DNA of 64,000 nt from Eledone cirrhosa (Eukaryota), in the NCBI GenBank assembly GCA_964016885.1, contig OZ024744.1, positions 13,144,001 through 13,208,000 on the forward strand, in the 5' to 3' direction. The notes under the pieces were generated by a model. The model saw nothing but the letters and a program-made list of their open reading frames with translations. It was not told where the DNA came from and did not search any database. Positions within the stretch are counted from its first letter, which is position 1, and every line of letters starts with the position of its first letter. This document shows, piece by piece, positions 1 to 11,885 of this stretch. The position numbers and the translations under genes are program-made.

Positions 1-57
1 ATGGACATGTGGTTAGAATCTCTCAGTAGATCAGAGAGTCATTCCAGTTAAAGCCAC

Positions 58-73
58 TCTCTAAATTGAGAGA
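58..73. other. 16-bp near-perfect dyad TCTCT-A-AATT-G-AGAGA present in most monomers (first copy shown)
   Basis: The reverse complement of TCTCTAAATTGAGAGA is TCTCTCAATTTAGAGA, so 14 of 16 positions are symmetric. Function unknown. Confidence 0.8.
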
Positions 74-82
74 TCACAACTC

Positions 83-93
83 CCATACTATGG
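83..93. other. 11-bp interrupted palindrome CCATA-C-TATGG in monomers carrying the CCCATAC or TTCCATAC allele (first copy shown)
   Basis: CCATA is the reverse complement of TATGG. The palindrome extends to TCCATACTATGGA in the CTTCCATAC variant and is broken in the common CCAATAC and CCTATAC alleles. Confidence 0.75.
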
Positions 94-2407
94 ACGTGTG
101 GTTAGAATGTCTCAGTAGATCAGAGAATCACTCCAGTTAAAGCCACTCACTAAATTGAGAGATCACAACTCCCATACTATGGACATGTGGTTAGAATGTC
201 TCAGTAGATCAGAAAGTCACTCCAGCTACAGCTACACTCTAAATTGAGAGATCACAACTCCAATACTATGGACATGTGGTTAGAATGTCTCAGTAGATCA
301 GAGACTCACTCCAGTTAAAGCCACTCTCTAAATTGAGAGATCACAACTCCAATATTATGGACATGGGGTTTGAAAATCTCATTAGATTAGAGTGTCACTC
401 CAGTTAAAGCTACTCTCTAAATTGAGAGATCACAACTCCAATACTATGGACATGGGGTTTGAATGTCTCAGTAGATCAGAGAGTCGCTCAAGTTAAAGCT
501 ACTCTGTAAATTGCGAGATCACAACTCCAATACTATGGACATTTGGTTAGAATGTCTCAGTAGATCAGAGTGTCACTCCAGTTAAAGCCACTCTCTAAAT
601 TGAGAGATCACAACTTCCATACTATGGACATGTGGTTAGAATGTCTCAGTAGATCAGAGAGTAACTCCAGTTAAAGACACTAATTCTCTAAGTTGAGAGA
701 TCACAACTCCCATACTATGGACATGGGGTTGGAATGTCTCAGTAGATTAGAGAGTCACTCAATTTAAAGCTACTCTCTAAATTGAGATATTACAACTCCC
801 ATACTATGGACATGTGTTTAGAATGTCTCAGTAGATCAGAGAGTCACTCCAGTTAAAGCTACTCTCTAAATTGAGAGATCACAACTCTCATACTATGGAC
901 ATGTGGTTAGAATGTCTCAGTAGATCAGAGAGTCAGTCCAGTTAAAGCCACTCTCTAAATTGAGAGATCACAACTCCCATACTATGGACATGGGGTTTGA
1001 AAGTCTCAGTAGATTAGAGTGTCACTCCAGTTAAAGCAACTCTCTAAATTGAGAGATCACAACTCAAATACTATGGACATGGGGTTTGAATGTCTCAGTA
1101 GATCAGAGAGTCGCTCAAGTTAAAGCCACTCTCTAAATTGAGAGATCACAACTCCAATACTATGGACATGTGGTTAGAATGTCTCAGTAGATCAGAGATT
1201 CACTTCAGTTAAAGCCACTCTCTAAATTAAGAGATCACAACTTCCATACTATGGACATGTGGTTAGAACGTCTCAGTAGATCAGAGAGTCACTCCAGTTA
1301 AAGCCACTCTCTAAATTGAGAGATCACAACTCCAATACTATGGTAATGTGTTTAGAATGTCTCAGAGGATCAGAGAGTCACTCCAGTTAAAGCCACTCTC
1401 TAAATCCAGAGATCACAACTCCAACACTATGGACATGGGGTTTGAATGTCTCAGTAGATCAGAGTGTCACTCCAGTTAAAGTTACTCTCTAAATTGAGAG
1501 ATCACAACTCTAATACTATGGACATGTGGTTAGAATGTCTCAGAAGATCAGAGAGTCATTCCAGTTAAAGCCACTCTCTAAATTGAGAGATCACAACTCC
1601 CGTACTATGGACGTGTGGTTAGAATGTCTCAGTAGATCAGAGAATCACTCCAGTTAAAGATACTCTCTAAATTGAGAGATCACATCTCCCATACTATGGA
1701 CATGTGGTTAGAATGTCTCAGTAGATCAGGGAGTCATTCTTTTTAAAGCTACTCTCTAAATTGAGAGATCACAACTCCCATACTATGGACCTGTGGTTAG
1801 AATGTCTCAGTAGATCAGAGAATCATTCCAGTTAAAGCTACTCTCTAAATTGAGATATCACAACTCCCATACTATGGACATGTGTTTAGAATGTCTCAGT
1901 AGATCAGAGAGTCACTCCAGTTAAAGCTACTCTCTAAATTGAGAGATCACAACTCCCATACTATGGACATGTGGTTAGAATGTCTCAGTAGATCAGAGAG
2001 TCACTCCGGTTAAAGCCACTCTCTAAATTGAGAGATCACAACTCCCATACTATGGACATGAGGTTAGAATGTCTCAGTAGATCAGAGAGTCACTCCAGCT
2101 AAAGCCACTCTCTAAATTGAGAGATCACAACTTCAATACTATGGACATGGGGTTTGAAAGTCTCAGTAGATTAGAGTGTCACTCCAGTTAAAGCAACTCT
2201 CTAAATTGAGTGATCACAACTCAAATACTATGGACATGGGGTTTGAATGTCTCAGTAGATCAGAGAGTCGCTCAAGTTAAAGCCACTCTCTAAATTGAGA
2301 GATCACAACTCCAATACTATGGACATGTGGTTAGAATGTCTCAGTAGATCAGAGAGTCACTTCACTTAAAGCCACTCTCTAAATTAAGAGATCACAACTT
2401 CCATACT

Positions 2408-3297
2408 ATGGACATGTGGTTAGAATGTCTCAGTAGATCAGAGAGTCACTCCAGTTAAAGCCACTCTCTAAATTGAGAGATCACAACTCCAATACTATGG
2501 TCATGTGGTTAGAATGGCTCAGTAGATCAGAGAGTCACTCCAGTTAAAGCCACTCTCTAAAACCAGAGATCACAACTCCAACACTATGGACATGGTGTTT
2601 GAATGTCTCAGTAGATCAGAGTGTCACTCCAGTTAAAGTTACTCTCTAAATAGAGAGATCACAACTCCAATAATATGGACATGGGGTTAGAATGTCTCAG
2701 TAGATCAGAGAGTCACTTCAGTTAAAGCTACTCTCTAAATTGAGAGATCACAACTCCAATACTATGGACATGTGGTTAGAATCTCTCAGTAGATCAGAGA
2801 GTCATTCCAGTTAAAGCCACTCTCTAAATTGAGAGATCACAACTCCCATACTATGGACATGTGGTTAGAATGTCTCAGTAGATCAGAGAGTCACTCCAGT
2901 TAAAGCCACTCTCTAAATTGAGAGATCACAACTCCAATACTATGGTCATGTGGTTAGAATGGCTCAGTAGATCAGAGAGTCACTCCAGTTAAAGCCACTC
3001 TCTAAAACCAGAGATCACAACTCCAACACTATGGACATGGTGTTTGAATGTCTCAGTAGATCAGAGTGTCACTCCAGTTAAAGTTACTCTCTAAATAGAG
3101 AGATCACAACTCCAATAATATGGACATGGGGTTAGAATGTCTCAGTAGATCAGAGAGTCACTTCAGTTAAAGCTACTCTCTAAATTGAGAGATCACAACT
3201 CCAATACTATGGACATGTGGTTAGAATCTCTCAGTAGATCAGAGAGTCATTCCAGTTAAAGCCACTCTCTAAATTGAGAGATCACAACTCCCATACT
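2408..3297 (+). repeat. Tandem duplication of a 5-monomer block (445 bp): 2408-2852 and 2853-3297
   Basis: ATGGTC...AATGGCTC starts at 2497 and 2942. TAAAACCAGAG, GGTGTTTG and AAATAGAGAG also repeat at offset 445 = 5x89. Confidence 0.92.
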
Positions 3298-6200
3298 ATG
3301 GACGTGTGGTTAGAATGTCTCAGTAGATCAGAGAATCATTCCAGTTAAAGCCACTCACTAAATTGAGAGATCACAACTCCCATACTATGGACATGTGGTT
3401 AGAATGTCTCAGTAGATCAGAAAGTCACTCCAGCTACAGCTACACTCTAAATTGAGAGATCACAACTCCAATACTATGGACATGTGGTTAGAATGTCTCA
3501 GTAGATCAGAGACTCACTCCAGTTAAAGCCACTCTCTAAATTGAGAGATCACAACTCCAATACTATGGACATGGGGTTTGAAAGTCTCATTTGATTAGAG
3601 TGTCACTCCAGTTAAAGCTACTCTCTAAATTGAGAGATCACAACTCCAATACTATGGACATGGGGTTTGAATGTCTCAGTAGATCAGAGAGTCGCTCAAG
3701 TTAAAACCACTCTGTAAATTGCGAGATCACAACTCCAATACTATGGACATTTGGTTAGAATGTCTTAGTAGATCAGAGTGTCACTCCAGTTAAAGCCACT
3801 CTCTAAATTGAGAGATCACAACTTCCATACTATGGACATGTGGTTAGAATATCTCAGTAGATCAGAGAGTAACTCCAGTTAAAGACACTAATTCTCTAAG
3901 TTGAGAGATCACAACTCCCATACTATGGACATGGGGTTTGAATGTCTCAGTAGATTAGAGAGTCACTCAATTTAAAGCTACTCTCTAAATTGAGATATCA
4001 CAACTCCCATACTATGGACATGTGTTTAGAATGTCTCAGTAGATCAGAGAGTCACTCCAGTTAAAGCTACTCTCTAAATTGAGAGATCACAACTCCCATA
4101 CTATGGACATGTGTTTAGAATGTCTCAGTAGATCAGAGAGTCACTCCAGTTAAAGCTACTCTCTAAATTGAGAGATCACAACTCCCATACTATGGACATG
4201 CGGTTAGAATGTCTCAGTAGATCAGAGAGTCACTCCGGTTAAAGCCACTCTCTAAATTGAGAGATCACAACTCCCATACTATGGACATGTGGTTAGAATG
4301 TCTCAGTAGATCAGAGAGTCACTCCAGTTAAAGCCACTCTCTAAATTGAGAGATCACAACTCCAATACTATGGACATGGGGTTTGAAAGTCTCAGTAGAT
4401 TAGAGTGTCACTCCAGTTAAAGCAACACTCTAAATTGAGTGATCACAACTCAAATACTATGGACATGGGGTTTGAATGTCTCAGTAGATCAGAGAGTCGC
4501 TCAAGTTAAAGCCACTCTCTAAATTGAGAGATCACAACTCCAATACTATGGACATGTGGTTAGAATGTCTCAGTAGATCAGAGAGTCACTTCAGTTAAAG
4601 CCACTCTCTAAATTAAGAGATCACAACTTCCATACTATGGACATGTGGTTAGAATAACTCAGTAGATCAGAGAGTCACTCCAGTTAAAGCCACTCTCTAA
4701 ATCCAGAGATCACAACTCCAACACTATGGACATGGGGTTTGAATGTCTCAGTAGATCAGAGTGTCACTCCAGTTAAAGTTACTCTCTAAATTGGGAGATC
4801 ACAACTCCAATAATATGGATATGGGGTTAGAATGTCTCAGTAGATCAGAGAGTCACTTCAGTTAAAGCTACTCTCTAAATTGAGAGATCACAACTCCAAT
4901 ACTATGGACATGTGGTTAGAATCTCTCAGTAGATCAGAGAGTCATTCCAGTTAAAGCCACTCTCTAAATTGAGAGATCACAACTCCCATACTATGGACGT
5001 GTGGTTAGAATGTCTCAGTAGATCAGAGAATCACTCCAGTTAAAGCCACTCACTAAATTGAGAGATCACAACTCCCATACTATGGACATGTGGTTAGAAT
5101 GTCTCAGTAGATCAGAAAGTCACTCCAGCTACAGCTACACTCTAAATTGAGAGATCACAACTCCAATACTATGGACATGTGGTTAGAATGTCTCAGTAGA
5201 TCAGAGACTCACTCCAGTTAAAGCCACTCTCTAAATCCAGAGATCACAACTCCAACACTATGGACATGGGGTTTGAATGTCTCAGTAGATCAGAGTGTCA
5301 CTCCAGTTAAAGTTACTCTCTAAATTGAGAGATCACAAATCCAATAATATGGACATGGGGTTTGAATGGCTCAGTAGATCAGAGAGTCACTCCAGTTAAA
5401 GCTAATCTCTAAATTGAGAGATCACAACTCCAATACTATGGACATGTGGTTAGAATGTCTCAGTAGATCAGAGAGTCATTCCAGGTAAAGCCACTCTCTA
5501 AATTGAGAGATCACAACTCCCGTACTATGGACGTGTGGTTAGAATGTCTCAGTAGATCAGAGAATCACTCCAGTTAAAGCTACTCTCTAAATTGAGAGAT
5601 CACATCTCCCATACTATGGACATGTGGTTAGAATGTCTCAGTAGATCAGGGAGTCATTCTTATTAAGGCTACTCTCTAAATTGAGAGATCACAACTCCCA
5701 TACTATGGACATGTGGTTACAATCTCTCAGTAGATCAGAGAGTCATTCCAGTTAAAGCCACTCTCTAAATTGTGAGATCACAACTCCCATACTATGGACG
5801 TGTGGTTAGAATGTCTCCGTAGATCAGAGAATCACACCAGTTAAAGCTACTCTCTAAATTGAGAGATCACAACTCCCATACTATGGAAATGTGGTTAGAA
5901 TGTCTCAGTAGATCAGAGAGTCACTCCAGTTGAAGCCACTCTCTAAATTGAGAGATCACAACTCCAATACTATGGACATGTGGTTAGAATGTCTCAGTAG
6001 ATCAGAAAGTCACGCCAGTTAAAGCTACACTCTAAATTGAGAGATCACAACTCCTATACTATGGACATGGGTTAGAATGTCTCAGTAGATCAGAGTGTCA
6101 CTCCAGTTAAAGCCACACTCTAAATTGAGGGATCATAACTCCCATACTATGGACATGGGGGTTGAATGTCTCAGTAGATCAGAGAGTCACTCCAGTTAAA

Positions 6201-7304
6201 GCCCTCTCTAAATTGAGAGATCACAACTCCAATACTATGGACATGTGGTTAGAATGTCTCAGTACATCAGAGAGTCATTCCAGTTAAAGCTACTCTCTAA
6301 ATTGAGAGATCACAACTCCCATACTATGGACATGTGGTTACAATCTCTTAGTAGATCAGAGAGTCACTCCAGTTAAAGATACTCTCTGAATTGAGAGATC
6401 ACAACTGCCATACTATGGACATGTGGTTAGAATGTCTCAGTAGATCAGAGAGTCACTCCAGTTAAAGCCACTCTCTAAATTGGGAGATCACAACTCCCAT
6501 ACTATGGACATGTGGTTACAATCTCTCAGTAGATCAGAGAGTCATTCCAGTTAAAGCCACTCTCTAAATTGAGAGATCACAACTCAAATACTATGGACAT
6601 GGGGTTTGAATGTCTCAGTAGATCAGAGATTCGCTCAAGTTAAAGCCACTCTCTAAATTGAGAGATCACAACTCCCATACTATGGACATGTGTTTAGAAT
6701 GTCTCAGTAGATCAGAGAGTCACTCCAGTTAAAGCTACTCTCTGAATTGAGAGATCACATCTCCCATACTATGGACATGGGGTTAGAATGTCTCAGTAGA
6801 TCAGAGAGTCACTCTTGTTAAAGCTACTCTCTAAATTGAGAGATCACAACTCCCATACTATGGAAATGTGGTTAGAATGTCTCAGTAGATCAGAGAGTCA
6901 CTCCAGTTAAAGCCACTCTCTAAATTGAGAGATCACAACTCCAATACTAGGGACATGTGGTTAGAATGTCTCAGTAGATCAGAAAGTCACTCCAGTTAAA
7001 GCTACACTCTAAATTGAGAGATCACAACTCCTATACTATGGACATGGGGCTAGAATGTCTCAGTAGATCAGAGTGTCACTCCAGTTAAAGCCACTCTCTA
7101 AATTGAGGGATCACAACTCCCATACTATGGACATGTTGTTAGAATGTCTCAGTAGATCAGAGAGTCACTCCAGTTAAAGCCACTCTCTAAATTAAGAGAT
7201 CACAACTCCAATACTATGGACATGTGGTTAGAATGTCTCAGTAGATCAGAGTGTCACTCCAGTTAAAGCTACTCTCTAAATTGAGAGATCACAACTCCTA
7301 TACT

Positions 7305-10300
7305 ATGGACATGGGGTTAGAATGTCTCAGTAGATCAGAGTGTCACTCCAGTTAAAGCCACTCTCTAAATTGAGGGATCACAACTCCCATACTATGGACA
7401 TGTTGTTAGAATGTCTCAGTAGATCAGAGAGTCACTCCAGTTAAAGCCACTCTTTAAAATTGAGAGATCACAACTCCAATACTATGGACATGTGGTTAGA
7501 ATGTCTCAGTAGATCAGAGAGTCATTCCAGTTAAAGCCACTCTCTAAATTGAGAGATCACAACTCCCATACTATGGACGTGTGGTTAGAATGTCTCAGTA
7601 GATCAGAGAATCACTCCAGTTAAAGCTACTCTCTAAATTGAGAGATCACAACTCCTATACTATGGACATGTGGTTAGAATGTCTCAGTAGATCAGAGTGT
7701 CACTCCAGTAAAAGGCACTCTCTAAATTGAGGGATCACAACTCCCATACTATGGACATGTTGTTAGAATGTCTCAGTAGATCAGAGAGTCACTCCAGTTA
7801 AAGCCACTCTCTAAATTGAGAGATCACAACTCCAATACTATGGCCATGGGTTTTGAAAGTCTCAGTAGATTAGAGTGTCACTCCAGTTAAAGCTACTCTC
7901 TAAATTGAGAGATCACAACTCCAATACTATGGACATGGGGTTTGAATGTCTCAGTAGATCAGAGAGTCGCTCAAGTTAAAGCCACTCTCTAAATTGAGAG
8001 ATCACAACTCCAATACTATGGACATGTGGTTAGAATGTCTCAGTAGATCGGAGTGTCACTCCAGTTAAAGCTACTCTCTAAATTGAGAGATCACATCTCC
8101 CATACTATGGACATGGGGTTAGAATGTCTCAGTAGATCAGAGAGTCACTCTTGTTAAAGCTACTCTTTAAATTGAGAGATCACAACTCCCATACTATGGA
8201 CATGGGGTTTGAATGTCTCAGTAGATCAGAGAGTCACTCCAGTTAAAGCTACTCTCTAAATTGAGAGATCACAACTCCAATACTATGGACATGTGGTTAG
8301 AATGTCTCAGTAGATCAGAGAATTACTCTAGTTAAAGCTACTCTCTAAATTGAGAGATCACAACTCCCATACTATGGACATGTGGTTAGAATGTCTCAGT
8401 AGATCAGAGAGTCAGTCCAGTTAGAGCTACTCTCTAAATTGAGAGATCACAACTCCCATACTATGGACATGTGGTTAGAATGTCTCAGTAGATCAGAGAG
8501 TCACTCCAGTTAAAGCTACTCTCTAAATTGAGAGATCACAACTCCCATACTATGGACATGGGGTTTGAATGTCTCAGTAGATCAGAGAGTCACTCCAGTT
8601 AAAGCCACTCTCTAAATTGAGAGATCACAACTCCAATACTATGGACATGTGGTTAGAATGTCTCAGTAGATCAGAGTGTCACTACAGTTAGAGCCACTCT
8701 CTAAATTGAGAGATCACAACTTCCATACTATGGACATGTGGTTAGAATGTCTCAGTAGATCAGAGAGTCACTCCAGTTAAAGCTACTCTCTAAATTGAGA
8801 GATCACAACTCCCATACTATGGACATGGGGTTTGAATGTCTCAGTAGATCAGAGAGTCACTCCAGTTAAAGCCACTCTCTAAATTGAGAGATCACAACTC
8901 CAATACTATGGACATTGGGTTTGAATGTCTCAGTAGATCAGAGAGTCGCTCAAGTTAAAGCCACTCTCTAAATTGAGAGATCACAACTCCAATACTATGG
9001 ACATGTGGTTAGAATGTCTCAGTAGATCAGAGAGTCACTTCAGTTAAAGCCACTCTCTAAATTAAGAGATCACAACTTCCATACTATGGACATGTGGTTA
9101 GAATGTCTCAGTAGATCAGAGAGTCACTCCAGTTAAAGCCACTCTCTAAATTGAGAGATCACAACTCCAATACTATGGACATGTGGTTAGAATGTCTCAG
9201 TAGATCAGAGAGTCACTCCAGTTAAAGCCACTCTCTAAATTCAGAGATCACAACTCCCATACTATGGACATGTGGTTACAATCTCTCAGTAGATCAGAGA
9301 GTCATTCCAGTTAAAGCCACTCTCTAAATTGAAAGATCACAACTCCCATACTATGGACGTGTGGTTAGAATGTCTCAGTAGATCAGAGAATCACTCCAGT
9401 TAAAGCTACTCTCTAAATTGAGAGATCACAACTCCCATACTATGGAAATGTGGTTAGAATGTCTCAGTAGATCAGAGAGTCACTCCAGTTAAAGCCACTC
9501 TCTAAATTGAGAGATCACAACTCCAATACTAGGGACATGTGGTTAGAATGTCTCAGTAGATCAGAAAGTCACTCCAGTTAAAGCTACACTCTAAATTGAG
9601 AGATCACAACTCCTATACTATGGACATGGGGTTAGAATGTCTCAGTAGATCAGAGTGTCACTCCAGTTAAAGCCACTCTCTAAATTGAGGGATCACAACT
9701 CCCATACTATGGACATGTTGTTAGAATGTCTCAGTAGATCAGAGAGTCACTCCAGTTAAAGCCACTCTTTAAAATTGAGAGATCACAACTCCAATACTAT
9801 GGACATGTGGTTAGAATGTCTCAGTAAATCAGAGAGTCATTCCAGTTAAAGCCACTCTCTAAATTGAGAGATCACAACTCCCATACTATGGACGTGTGAT
9901 TAGAATGTCTCAGTAGATCAGAGAATCACTCCAGTTAAAGCTACTCTCTAAATTGAGAGATCACAACTCCTATACTATGGACATGTGGTTAGAATGTCTC
10001 AGTAGATCAGAGTGTCACTCCAGTAAAAGGCACTCTCTAAATTGAGGGATCACAACTCCCATACTATGGACATGTTGTTAGAATGTCTCAGTAGATCAGA
10101 GAGTCACTCCAGTTAAAGCCACTCTCTAAATTGAGAGATCACAACTCCAATACTATGGCCATGGGTTTTGAAAGTCTCAGTAGATTAGAGTGTCACTCCA
10201 GTTAAAGCTACTCTCTAAATTGAGAGATCACAACTCCAATACTATGGACATGGGGTTTGAATGTCTCAGTAGATCAGAGAGTCGCTCAAGTTAAAGCCAC

Positions 10301-11885
10301 TCTCTAAATTGAGAGATCACAACTCCAATACTATGGACATGTGGTTAGAATGTCTCAGTAGATCGGAGTGTCACTCCAGTTAAAGCTACTCTCTAAATTG
10401 AGAGATCACATCTCCCATACTATGGACATGGGGTTAGAATGTCTCAGTAGATCAGAGAGTCACTCTTGTTAAAGCTACTCTTTAAATTGAGAGATCACAA
10501 CTCCCATACTATGGACATGGGGTTTGAATGTCTCAGTAGATCAGAGAGTCACTCCAGTTAAAGCTACTCTCTAAATTGAGAGATCACAACTCCAATACTA
10601 TGGACATGTGGTTAGAATGTCTCAGTAGATCAGAGAATTACTCTAGTTAAAGCTACTCTCTAAATTGAGAGATCACAACTCCCATACTATGGACATGTGG
10701 TTAGAATGTCTCAGTAGATCAGAGAGTCAGTCCAGTTAGAGCTACTCTCTAAATTGAGAGATCACAACTCCCATACTATGGACATGTGGTTAGAATGTCT
10801 CAGTAGATCAGAGAGTCACTCCAGTTAAAGCTACTCTCTAAATTGAGAGATCACAACTCCCATACTATGGACATGGGGTTTGAATGTCTCAGTAGATCAG
10901 AGAGTCACTCCAGTTAAAGCCACTCTCTAAATTGAGAGATCACAACTCCAATAATATGGACATGTGGTTAGAATGTCTCAGTAGATCAGAGTGTCACTAC
11001 AGTTAGAGCCACTCTCTAAATTGAGAGATCACAACTTCCATACTATGGACATGTGGTTAGAATGTCTCAGTAGATCAGAGAGTCACTCCAGTTAAAGCTA
11101 CTCTCTAAATTGAGAGATCACAACTCCCATACTATGGACATGGGGTTTGAATGTCTCAGTAGATCAGAGAGTCACTCCAGTTAAAGCCACTCTCTAAATT
11201 GAGAGATCACAACTCCAATACTATGGACATTGGGTTTGAATGTCTCAGTAGATCAGAGAGTCACTCCAGTTAAAAGCCACTCTCTAAATTGAGAGATCAC
11301 AACTCCAATACTATGGACATTGGGTTTGAATGTCTCAGTAGATCAGAGAGTCGCTCAAGTTAAAGCCACTCTCTAAATTGAGAGATCACAACTCCAATAC
11401 TATGGACATGTGGTTAGAATGTCTCAGTAGATCAGAGAGTCACTTCAGTTAAAGCCACTCTCTAAATTAAGAGATCACAACTTCCATACTATGGACATGT
11501 GGTTAGAATGTCTCAGTAGATCAGAGAGTCACTCCAGTTAAAGCCACTCTCTAAATTGAGAGATCACAACTCCAATACTATGGACATGTGGTTAGAATGT
11601 CTCAGTAGATCAGAGAGTCACTCCAGTTAAAGCCACTCTCTAAATTCAGAGATCACAACTCCCATACTATGGACATGTGGTTACAATCTCTCAGTAGATC
11701 AGAGAGTCATTCCAGTTAAAGCCACTCTCTAAATTGAAAGATCACAACTCCCATACTATGGACGTGTGGTTAGAATGTCTCAGTAGATCAGAGAATCACT
11801 CCAGTTAAAGCTACTCTCTAAATTGAGAGATCACAACTCCCATACTATGGAAATGTGGTTAGAATGTCTCAGTAGATCAGAGAGT
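7305..11885 (+). repeat. Tandem duplication with a 26-monomer period (2315 bp): 7305-9619 and 9620 to about 11885; the second copy has one extra internal monomer
   Basis: AAAGGCACT at 7711/10026 and ATGGCCATGGGTTTTG at 7840/10155 give offset 2315 = 26x89+1. The offset becomes 2405 after the extra 90-bp monomer at 11223. Confidence 0.88.

Larger units (their letters stand above)
1..4100 (+). repeat. Dispersed block repeat: about 10 monomers at 1-870 recur at 3209-4100; the first about 4 monomers recur again at 4904
   Basis: The same series of rare variants occurs in both blocks: AATCTCTC, CACTCACTAA, CAGCTACAGCTACAC, GAGACTCAC, CTGTAAATTGCGAG, CATTTGG, GACACTAATTCTCTAAG. Offsets are 3208 = 36x89+4 and 1695 = 19x89+4. 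Confidence 0.88.

Noticed and set aside
8-17. Telomere-like GGTTAG / GGGGTTAG motif
   Set aside because: It is a single degenerate unit per monomer, never tandem, and lies in the most variable part of the repeat.
1-51. Short ORF ATG...TAA (MDMWLECLSRSESHSS in the consensus) at each monomer start
   Set aside because: It is only 16 codons and has no supporting expression signals. Some variants destroy the ATG (ATCGAC, AGGGAC). It is expected by chance and repeats only because the monomer repeats.
57-72. Intrinsic terminator from the CTCTC/GAGAG hairpin
   Set aside because: The stem is weak (5 bp), there is no following U-tract and no upstream gene.
1-89. tRNA, 5S rRNA or other structured RNA tandem gene array
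   Set aside because: There is no cloverleaf or recognisable Pol III A/B/C boxes, the unit is shorter than 5S rRNA, and there is no spacer or constant T-run terminator.
1-178. Strict 178-bp dimeric HOR or identity with Arabidopsis CEN178
   Set aside because: Variants do not alternate between odd and even monomers, and many duplication periods are odd (5, 7, 21, 29, 87). Only the length coincides; I recognise no sequence similarity.
179-267. Compensatory covariation between CAGAAAGT and CTACACTCT supporting a conserved stem
   Set aside because: AGAAAGT and ACACTCT are not complementary at the changed positions. Their linkage is explained by shared descent of one monomer type.
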